From contig JACZJV010000062.1 in the NCBI GenBank assembly GCA_014860355.1, positions 759-64,758 of the forward strand: a DNA stretch of 64,000 nt, given 5' to 3'. The notes under the pieces are model-generated. The model was given only the letters and a program-made list of their open reading frames with translations. It was not told the origin of the DNA and made no database searches. This DNA comes from Burkholderiales bacterium (lineage in GTDB: Bacteria > Pseudomonadota > Gammaproteobacteria > Burkholderiales > SG8-39). The position numbers and the translations under genes were made by a program. Shown in pieces: positions 18,741 to 25,822 of this stretch (the first letter of the stretch is position 1; every line of letters starts with the position of its first letter).

Positions 18741-21700
18741 CTAACGTTTGAATACGACCACGCCTGAAGCGGTGACTGCGGCTGGATTAGAGGATGTGTT
18801 GCCGCCGTGATTGAGCGAGTAAGCCATGCCCACGCCATTTCCGGTCTGCCCGGTAAATCCGCCGACCAGCGAGCCGGAGGTGTCGGCAGGGTTGGCCCCG
18901 AGGGACGTAGTTACGGTCATCGAACCGATGGTGTCGCCGAGTTTCTTCCCGGCCTGGAAGACATTGGCGCTGATCGGAATTCCGGTTGCGCTTGCGCCCC
19001 AGGTGTTGCCCCCGACCGTCAAATTGCTGAGCGTGGCATTGACTGTCTGCGCGGTGAAATTCGCCGTCAGGCTGGCGTTCGCAGCCGTCAGTGCCGCGCC
19101 CACGTTGCCGTTGCTGTCGACCGGGGAGGTGCCGCCTGCGAAGGTGTAGTTGAACGTTCCGGTGATCGGCAGCACGGTCGGCCCCGACTGACTGCCGCTG
19201 ATGACGAAAGGCACGCTCTGGGTTGCCGCGACCACGCCCAGCGAGGCGCCGCTGATGCGGTCGGTGACGCCGATGGTGCCGTTGCCGTAGCGGCCCCAGC
19301 GCATGCCGGTGGCGGGATCGTAACCCGCCTCGAGCACGGTTGCGGTTCCGACCGACGCGGCACCGGTCGCGCCGGCGACGGCGTAGACGACCGGAATATC
19401 GTTTACGAACGAGCAGTTAGTCGTGCATGGAGGCCCGTTGACTACCAGTACCGGCAGTTGCCCGTCCATCCTGACCGGGAGATTGTTGACGAACTGGGTC
19501 CGGTACGCCGACAGGAAGCCGCCGTCTATGCGGGTGTTTTCGCTGGGTTCCAACTCGCCTAGCAGCGTCATGCCCGGTACATTCAGGGCGAGATGGTACG
19601 GGGTCAGCGTGCTATAGGGCGTACCGTTCAAACTGAAGGCAAGCGCCCCGCTTGCGGTTTCGGTAGGGCAAGGACCGGAGGTGCAGGGGAGGAAGCCGTT
19701 CAGGTTGTAGGTAACCCCCGCGCCGCCGGCGCCGATGCCCATAAGCTGGCCCTCCATGGTGCCGAAGGTACCGGTGCTGCCGGTCAAGGTAATATTCATG
19801 TTGTCGTGCGAGCTGGTCGGCTGCACGGTAGTGCCTGAGGCTATGGTGGCGCCCGAATTTCCGGCGTTGGCGTGGAACGAGCCTTCCTGATCCAGACGGA
19901 TGCCGGGAGCGGAAACGACCCAGTTGCCCGCCGGCGTGGTCGCCTGCATATCGAAATTGACCGACGCGTTGCCAAAGTTGACCGTCAGCCCTGCAGAATT
20001 GACAGTGCCGATGGCGCCGTTCTGGTCGTGCAAAACCGAGGTGCCAAGATTATAGGTGGCGGTTCCCGGCACGACCACGCCGGTTGAATTGGTATAGCCT
20101 GCAATTGCGCCCGGCAGATAGATGGGGAAGGGCGCGGGCCCCCTGACCCAGGACAGGCCGTCACCAAGGACGGTTCGCGGTACTGGGTCCACGCATCCTG
20201 TGGTACCGAAGCAACCGTTGAAATCGACGCCGCTCACGGTCAGCGTCGGCGACGGCGACTGCCAACCGAGTAAAATGCTGCCATCGGTCGCGGTCGCAGT
20301 GCTTCCTATGGCAAGTGCCGTCGGCGTTGCGGGAGTCGCCGTGCCGCCGGACAATGCCAGTGCGCGATTGTCGCCAAACACCGAGGAATCACCCGGTTCC
20401 GTAATCGATACCAGATTCCCCGCCGCATCCGTCACCAGGCTGGTTTGCGGACGATCTGTCCAGAAGTTTCCGCTACTGCTCTGGTTGAACGAGTTGATTG
20501 CGTCAAAGTACGAGTACGTCGCGACTACCGTTACCGGGGCGACCGGTGCCGCTACGGGATAGGAGGCGCTCGTCGGAAGCACGATCTCGGGTCCCAGTTT
20601 GAATGCTACCAGTCCATTGATGTAGTCATCGACGACGCGACCCGCGGGTGGCGTAACTGCGTTCACCCCATAATTCGTATTGAAGGTGTAGCGGAAGAAT
20701 GCGCCATCGGCCGTTCCCGCATTGCCGGTCGCGCTGTCGAAACCGCCGCGTATGCGCCCGCCGTAGGCCGATACGCCGGTCGCTATATCGGGCGCACAGC
20801 CGCTGCCGAAACAGCCGATGTGCAGGTTGTCGGTGCCGGCAGGGTTGTTGGACGCGCCGCTGCTCACGTTAAATCCGCCGTTTGAAATCGGCGCATTGTC
20901 GAAGCGCGCGCTCAGGTTTTGGATCCCCAGCGATCCCGCAGGACCGCTGGGCATGGTGATTCTGACCGCGGCGCTCGCCTTGCTGTTGGTAAAGTCGGCG
21001 CTCAGGCGCGCGCCGTCCAGCGTTCCGACATTGCCGTAGCTGTCGGTCGGTGCGGTCGCGAACGACGGCGCGCCCGCGGCATCGCCGATGCGCGTGTACT
21101 GAAACACGCCCGTCAGCGGCAGCGAACTCGGTATCTGCGCCACGACCCACTGCAGGCTGCGTGCGGCGCCATCCGGGGCCAGCAGCGACTCGACGTAGCT
21201 GGTGCCGGTCGACAAATCGGTCACGTTGACGGCGCCGCCGCTCCAGCGCCCGAAGCGGATGCTGGTGGCAGGGTCAAAGTAGCTCTCGGCAGCTGTTCCG
21301 CCGCTGAACGATAGCCGCGCGTGCGCGAGCGGGGTGGGGATGGCGAACTGTGTCCGGCTTCCCGGGACATCATTCGCATGGTCGAAAACCACGTGCGGCG
21401 TATCGAGTACGCCGATCAGGTTGCCGCTGGTATCGAACAGGAAATTCGTGTTGACCGTCGATCCGGTTAGCGTTACCGGCGTAGTCGACGGTGTAGTCAG
21501 CGGTGTGTCCGGCGTCCCGGTCGCATTGTTGAACAGGTTTGAACTGGTCTTGTCGCTGACGATATAGGTGGTGACCGCCGGGTCGACCCCGGGGGCAATC
21601 TGGGTGGTGTCCCACAGCACCTCATTGCGCAGCACGGCTGTACTGGAAAAATTGGTTACTACCACGGTAGGCACGTCGACTACCGGAATAGTGCTGCCGT

Positions 21701-22622
21701 CCGGAGGTGTCACGGTCGACCCGGTCAAATCCAGGGTCGCACCGGCTGCTCCGGTTGCCGTCAGCGCTACTACAGGTGCGGAAGCTGTCGGCGAGACGGG
21801 TATGGGTGATGCGGCCGGCGCGGTGGCGGTGGCACTGGCCGGATCGACCACTGCCGTATCCCGAATCTCCCCCGTAGCCTCCGCGGCTTGCTCGCCAGGC
21901 GCCGCCGCCGCTGTTTCCTGTTGTCCTCCCTCCTTGGATTCCTCCTTGGCTTTTTGTGTTCCTGGCTCCGGCGTCGGTTTATAGAAAGGCGGAATCTTCG
22001 GCAGGATCACGGGCGCGGCCCTGGTCACCGGCGCGAACCCCACCTGGTTGGGCTGTATGTCTATGCTGCCGGCATCGTTGCGGATGAAAGCAACTCCGAC
22101 GTTGACTTTGTCGTAGCTGCCGGGCTCGGCGACGGATGTCTGCCCAGGTGCCGGCGCCAGAATTACCATGGGTTCGTGGTCCGTGCCGCGAATGCCGATG
22201 GTGGCAGTAGCCGTTTTTATCAGATAGTTCTGCTTGTTGGTGCGTCCGATGAAGCCGGTGATGGTGCGAAAACCGCCCCGCAACAGCGAAACGACGGCGC
22301 TTTCCTGGCCGTCCTCCTTGCCGCTGTAGCGGTAGGTATCGAAGCCCATGTCGGTGTTGGGCCGGATCGCGATGAATCCGCCATCGACCATCTTTATCTG
22401 CGCGGAAGAACTCGCGGCTGTGACTATCCTGTCACCTTCATTTACTTCGTCGCCTTTATTCAAGGCGCGCGTTTCACCCGCCTTGGTGACGAGCTTGACG
22501 TCGCCGATCACGAATTGCACGTTGCCGGCTGCGCCGAATGCAGCGCCCGCATAGGCGGCGAGCAGCAGCAGAGCGGGGAGGGCCTTGAGCGGATTTTTCC
22601 AGGAAAACAGCATGGCGTTCAC
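18741..22622 (-). CDS. giant secreted protein: signal peptide + FecR-type domain + P/A/E linker + three TbpB-like beta-barrel modules (putative Slam/T11SS cargo)
   Basis: 1293 aa. Sec signal LLLLAAYAGAAFG/AAG has no lipobox Cys. Residues ~33-200 (GNVQFVIGDVKL...GDRIVT...ATIGIRGTDH) resemble a FecR domain. The rest is Thr/Ser/Gly/Asn/Ala-rich. The C-terminus GSLVGGFTGQTGNGVGMAYSLNH...ASGVVVFKR resembles the terminal strands of TbpB/fHbp barrels. A 12-nt gap separates it from the upstream OMP gene. Confidence 0.8.
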   Translation of the reverse strand: MNAMLFSWKNPLKALPALLLLAAYAGAAFGAAGNVQFVIGDVKLVTKAGETRALNKGDEVNEGDRIVTAASSSAQIKMVDGGFIAIRPNTDMGFDTYRYSGKEDGQESAVVSLLRGGFRTITGFIGRTNKQNYLIKTATATIGIRGTDHEPMVILAPAPGQTSVAEPGSYDKVNVGVAFIRNDAGSIDIQPNQVGFAPVTRAAPVILPKIPPFYKPTPEPGTQKAKEESKEGGQQETAAAAPGEQAAEATGEIRDTAVVDPASATATAPAASPIPVSPTASAPVVALTATGAAGATLDLTGSTVTPPDGSTIPVVDVPTVVVTNFSSTAVLRNEVLWDTTQIAPGVDPAVTTYIVSDKTSSNLFNNATGTPDTPLTTPSTTPVTLTGSTVNTNFLFDTSGNLIGVLDTPHVVFDHANDVPGSRTQFAIPTPLAHARLSFSGGTAAESYFDPATSIRFGRWSGGAVNVTDLSTGTSYVESLLAPDGAARSLQWVVAQIPSSLPLTGVFQYTRIGDAAGAPSFATAPTDSYGNVGTLDGARLSADFTNSKASAAVRITMPSGPAGSLGIQNLSARFDNAPISNGGFNVSSGASNNPAGTDNLHIGCFGSGCAPDIATGVSAYGGRIRGGFDSATGNAGTADGAFFRYTFNTNYGVNAVTPPAGRVVDDYINGLVAFKLGPEIVLPTSASYPVAAPVAPVTVVATYSYFDAINSFNQSSSGNFWTDRPQTSLVTDAAGNLVSITEPGDSSVFGDNRALALSGGTATPATPTALAIGSTATATDGSILLGWQSPSPTLTVSGVDFNGCFGTTGCVDPVPRTVLGDGLSWVRGPAPFPIYLPGAIAGYTNSTGVVVPGTATYNLGTSVLHDQNGAIGTVNSAGLTVNFGNASVNFDMQATTPAGNWVVSAPGIRLDQEGSFHANAGNSGATIASGTTVQPTSSHDNMNITLTGSTGTFGTMEGQLMGIGAGGAGVTYNLNGFLPCTSGPCPTETASGALAFSLNGTPYSTLTPYHLALNVPGMTLLGELEPSENTRIDGGFLSAYRTQFVNNLPVRMDGQLPVLVVNGPPCTTNCSFVNDIPVVYAVAGATGAASVGTATVLEAGYDPATGMRWGRYGNGTIGVTDRISGASLGVVAATQSVPFVISGSQSGPTVLPITGTFNYTFAGGTSPVDSNGNVGAALTAANASLTANFTAQTVNATLSNLTVGGNTWGASATGIPISANVFQAGKKLGDTIGSMTVTTSLGANPADTSGSLVGGFTGQTGNGVGMAYSLNHGGNTSSNPAAVTASGVVVFKR

Positions 22623-22634
22623 CTTGTGCGAAAA

Positions 22635-23984
22635 TTATTTGAAGTCGCGGCGGATCGAAATCGAAATGTCGGTGCGGTCGAACTGGTACAGCACGATATT
22701 GGAGTTGTTGCGTATGTAGGAGACCTGCGGGCGTATCGTCCACAGCTTGTCGTAGTGCCAGTTGACGCCGATGTTGGCGTCATATTGGTTGTCGTCGCGG
22801 AACACCGGCTGGGCGGGCGTGCTGAATGAAGCATTGGCCAGATCGTACTTGCTGAACTGTGCGCCGACGCCGGCGAAGAGTTCGGTTCTCTGGTTGAGTT
22901 GCACCTGTCCACCCAGACGCAGGCCGCTGAAGTCCTTGCCGCCGTCGGCGCGCAACGGTGCGCGCTCGTTCCCGGTAAACAGGCTGGCGAACACCAGGCC
23001 CTTGCCGTCGTTGATCACGCGCAGCCAATTGGCGCCGAACAAGGATTGATCGAAGTCATTGACGCTGATCGTGGGTTCGAAGCGGTAACTCGCGTACTGC
23101 CCGAACGCGCTCACCTGGTTGGCAGGGTTGAGCAGATAACGCCATTCCGCGTTGACGCCGCTGGTGTCGCGGTTGTTCTTCCCGTCCAGATCGTATTTTC
23201 CGCCGAGCACGCCGAGGCGGAACATATTCGTAGTCTGGCCCACGGCGATGCCGGCGCGCGCGTCGACGCTGAGGGAATCAAATGTGTCCTGGGTGTTGTT
23301 GCTGCGGCCGCGTACGTCAGCGCCGGCAAAAAGGCCGAAGTTCGAATTGACCCGGTGGCTGATCTCGCCGCCGAGCCCCAGGCCCAGATAGCTGTCTGCG
23401 GTCTTGACGCCGGTCGGATCGAGGATGAAAACCAGGTCGCCCAGAGCCGGCACCGCTATCGAACTATTGCTGGTGGCGTAATTGATGTTGCTGTCGTGGC
23501 CCCAGGTGCCTTCGATATAGCCTGTGGCGACGGTTTTCTTGGCGTCTTCGTGCTTGTCGATCAATGCGAGGTAGTTGTCTATGAGCTTCTTGGCCGCCGG
23601 CGGCGGTTTTTGCGTCAGCACAGTTTCGAATTCAGCCTTGGCGCGGGTGTAGTCGCCCAATTGATAATAGGCGCGCCCCATGTCTATGCGTGCGCCGGCG
23701 AAATTGGGGTCGACTGCCAGTACGCGCTCGAAGGCGATCGTGGCTTTGTCCGGCTTGCCGCTGTCCAATGCAGCTACGCCCAGGAGGTAGTCGAACTTGA
23801 TGTTGCCGGCCTGTGCGAACTCGAACGGTTCGAGCAGGGAATACGCTTCGGCCGCTTTTCCCTGTTTGAGCAGCGCGTTCGCCTTGTCCAGATCGGCCTC
23901 CGCTGCAAGCACGGAATTTGCCGCCACCCACAAACAGAACCCCAGGGCAAGCAAGGTCCGCCTGACCGAAAATAAATTCGTCAT
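22635..23984 (-). CDS. outer-membrane TPR + beta-barrel protein with Slam/DUF560 (type XI secretion translocon) architecture
   Basis: 449 aa from ATG 23984, with GGAG 11 nt upstream. The ORF is open to 24056. Signal peptide LLALGFCLWVAANSVLA/AE. About 120 aa of TPR repeats (AEAYSLLEP..., ATIAFERVLAVDPNFAGARIDMGRAYYQLGDYTRAKAEFETVL). Then ~300 aa of alternating amphipathic strands with G/N/D turns, ending ISISIRRDFK. The family call rests on architecture and size, not on a search. Confidence 0.6.
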   Translation of the reverse strand: MTNLFSVRRTLLALGFCLWVAANSVLAAEADLDKANALLKQGKAAEAYSLLEPFEFAQAGNIKFDYLLGVAALDSGKPDKATIAFERVLAVDPNFAGARIDMGRAYYQLGDYTRAKAEFETVLTQKPPPAAKKLIDNYLALIDKHEDAKKTVATGYIEGTWGHDSNINYATSNSSIAVPALGDLVFILDPTGVKTADSYLGLGLGGEISHRVNSNFGLFAGADVRGRSNNTQDTFDSLSVDARAGIAVGQTTNMFRLGVLGGKYDLDGKNNRDTSGVNAEWRYLLNPANQVSAFGQYASYRFEPTISVNDFDQSLFGANWLRVINDGKGLVFASLFTGNERAPLRADGGKDFSGLRLGGQVQLNQRTELFAGVGAQFSKYDLANASFSTPAQPVFRDDNQYDANIGVNWHYDKLWTIRPQVSYIRNNSNIVLYQFDRTDISISIRRDFK

Positions 23985-24064
23985 GAATTTCCTACTCCCA
24001 GCGCTTGGTCTTGGACGGGTCGATAAGACCCATTTGTTCCGAATGCGAAAGCGCATGCCAATGA

Positions 24065-24081
24065 TTGATATCCGATATCAA
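24065..24081. promoter_or_regulatory. perfect 8-1-8 inverted repeat TTGATATC-c-GATATCAA; candidate Fur-family operator upstream of the Slam-like operon
   Basis: Read directly. It lies 81-97 nt upstream of the ATG at 23984, inside a ~190-bp AT-rich spacer. The inner TGATATCcGATATCA matches 10 of 14 positions of the Fur 7-1-7 core TGATAATnATTATCA. Confidence 0.4.
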
Positions 24082-24248
24082 CTTTGGCTTGCGTACGCAC
24101 GGAGCTAAACTTCATTTCCCGGATATGGCCGAATTTCTGCTTTTGTTCAGATTTTCATTCTGGCTGCAATCTAACATAGTATGGTCAGATTGGTAAATTT
24201 ATTGCTGCTATCAAGAGCATGCAGGACTCAAGTATCATTTGCATGTGC

Positions 24249-24338
24249 GCCAGGGTGGTGAAATTGGTATACACAGCGGGCTTAAAACCCGCCGCCGCTA
24301 ATCCCGGCATGCCGGTTCGACCCCGGTCCCTGGCACCA
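24249..24338 (+). tRNA. tRNA-Leu (anticodon UAA), long variable arm
   Basis: 90 nt. Acceptor GCCAGGG/CCCTGGC, D-arm GGTGAAATTGGTA, anticodon stem GCGGG/CCCGC with loop CTTAAAA, variable arm GCCG-ctaatcc-CGGC, T-arm GCCGGTTCGACCCCGGT, encoded CCA. Confidence 0.9.
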
Positions 24339-24646
24339 GTCTGAAATCAACGTCCGTGATGAATGCCCGATTGCGAAATTGGCGGCTGGGCTGACCTTGT
24401 TCTAGATCCGCCTGCCGATCAATAGACCAATCGGCCTAGTGGCGCAGAAATTTGGTCATGTATTGAGATAAATCAAAACAGACAATCCGATGGCGCGGAC
24501 CTTGTAGTCCCGTCCAGGGCGCCACAGGCAAGGAGCCGTACGTGAACATCGCGACGTTCCGCAAGCACAACCAGTCCGGGCCGGATTCGGGTTTCCTTTC
24601 CGATTTCTGCTCCGATATGGGCTAGAATGAAATCGGACATAGATGC

Positions 24647-25075
24647 ATGATCGTATTTGACCTAATCTGCCGGGAACAACATCGCTTCGAGGGCTGGTTT
24701 GCCTCGGGTGATGATTTCACTGCGCAACAAGACAGTGGCTTGCTCGCGTGCCCGGTATGCGGCGGCGCAAATGTGGAAAAACTGCCGACGGCCAAGATCC
24801 GGAAACAGCAGTCGGAGGCTGCGCCACCGGACGTACGGGCCGGCGCGGCGCAAGGCGCGCTGAAGGTGGAAGCGTCCCGTATCATCGACTACATCCTGAC
24901 CCACAGCGAGGACGTGGGCAAAAGCTTCGCTGCGGAAGCGCGCAGGATCCATTACCGGGAAGCGCCCCAGCGCAACATACGCGGCGTCGCTACCCGTTCC
25001 GAGTCCGAAGACCTGCGCGACGAAGGCGTCCAGGTGTTCACGCTGCCGGTCCCGACTCGCGACCGCTGGAACTAG
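24647..25075 (+). CDS. DUF1178 family protein (zinc-ribbon-like N-terminus)
   Basis: 142 aa. MIVFDLICREQHRFEGWFASGDDF...CPVCGG matches my recollection of the DUF1178 N-terminal pattern. Confidence 0.7.
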   Translation: MIVFDLICREQHRFEGWFASGDDFTAQQDSGLLACPVCGGANVEKLPTAKIRKQQSEAAPPDVRAGAAQGALKVEASRIIDYILTHSEDVGKSFAAEARRIHYREAPQRNIRGVATRSESEDLRDEGVQVFTLPVPTRDRWN

Positions 25076-25172
25076 GGGCACCGCGCAGTAACCGACCGCG
25101 GGTACCGAGACAATATAATGCGCATATGTGTATTATGTAAAATGTTAGCCGCAAGCAAAATGACTGTCATGC

Positions 25173-25805
25173 CTATTCCTTCGCTCCCGCCTGCCTGAGC
25201 AAGTCCGCGATATCGGTATTCCCGCCCTTTAGCGCCCATCCCAGGGCCGTAGCGCCCGAATCGCTTCTGATATTCGGATCCGCCACCTCCCACAACAGCA
25301 GCCTGACTGTCTCGAGTCGACCATAGCGGGCGGCCATCATCAGCGCCGACACGCCGCTGGGCGCAAGCGCGTCGATTTCCGCGCCTTTTTCCAGGAGAAA
25401 TTTGACCATGTCGGTGTGACCGCGCCAGGCGGCGTAAATCAAGGGGTTCCAGCCCTGGACATTGATCTGCGCGCCATGGGCCACCAGCAACTCGACCAGT
25501 TCCAGGCTGCCGCTGGCTGCCGCGAGCATGAGTGCCGTCTCCCCGTAACGGTTGCGGGCGTTGACCTTGGCCTGCAGTCGCAGCAGGTATTCGGCCATCT
25601 CGGTTTGGCCCTCCTTGACCGCGAGCATAAGCAAGGTGTGGCCTTCGGGATCGCTGGTGTTCACGTCGATGCCCTTTGCAAACAGGGCCTCGGCCGTCGA
25701 AAGATCGTTCAACTTTACCGCGTTGAGGATGTCGTCATAGGACTCCGCGAGCGCGCTTGTACTCTGAAGGGACAAAAACACAATAATGCATAATCTCAAT
25801 AACAT
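25173..25805 (-). CDS. periplasmic ankyrin-repeat protein
   Basis: Signal peptide MLLRLCIIVFLSLQSTSALA/E from ATG 25805. An alternative TTG at 25826 overlaps the tatD stop. Five to six ankyrin repeats (G.T.LM.A...G....V..LL..GA..N). Confidence 0.8.
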   Translation of the reverse strand: MLLRLCIIVFLSLQSTSALAESYDDILNAVKLNDLSTAEALFAKGIDVNTSDPEGHTLLMLAVKEGQTEMAEYLLRLQAKVNARNRYGETALMLAAASGSLELVELLVAHGAQINVQGWNPLIYAAWRGHTDMVKFLLEKGAEIDALAPSGVSALMMAARYGRLETVRLLLWEVADPNIRSDSGATALGWALKGGNTDIADLLRQAGAKE

Positions 25806-25822
25806 ATCATTCTTTATTAATG

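Noticed and set aside
21888-23975. Plus-strand ORFs (313 aa and 358 aa) antisense to the cargo and Slam-like genes
   Set aside because: Their composition is shadow-like and the minus-strand genes have signal peptides and coherent domain structure. They are therefore not evidence for extra genes in the locus.
24058-24081. Calling the palindrome a canonical 19-bp Fur box
   Set aside because: Only the 7-1-7 core matches partially (10/14), and the full 19-bp consensus does not align without gaps. I kept it only as a hypothesis for a Fur-family or other dimeric regulator.
17298-24248. Interpreting MFS plus the Slam-like operon as a tRNA-Cys/tRNA-Leu-bounded genomic island
   Set aside because: I found no integrase, no transposase, and no direct repeat of either tRNA 3' end. 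GC and codon style of the two large genes look native. The tRNA proximity is noted but island status is unsupported.
24249-24338. Alternative identities for the 90-nt tRNA (tRNA-Ser/Sec or tmRNA fragment) given its long variable arm and the nearby smpB
   Set aside because: The anticodon loop CTTAAAA gives UAA (Leu). The acceptor and D-arm are Leu-type. There is no tmRNA tag-reading frame, and smpB is 20 kb away.
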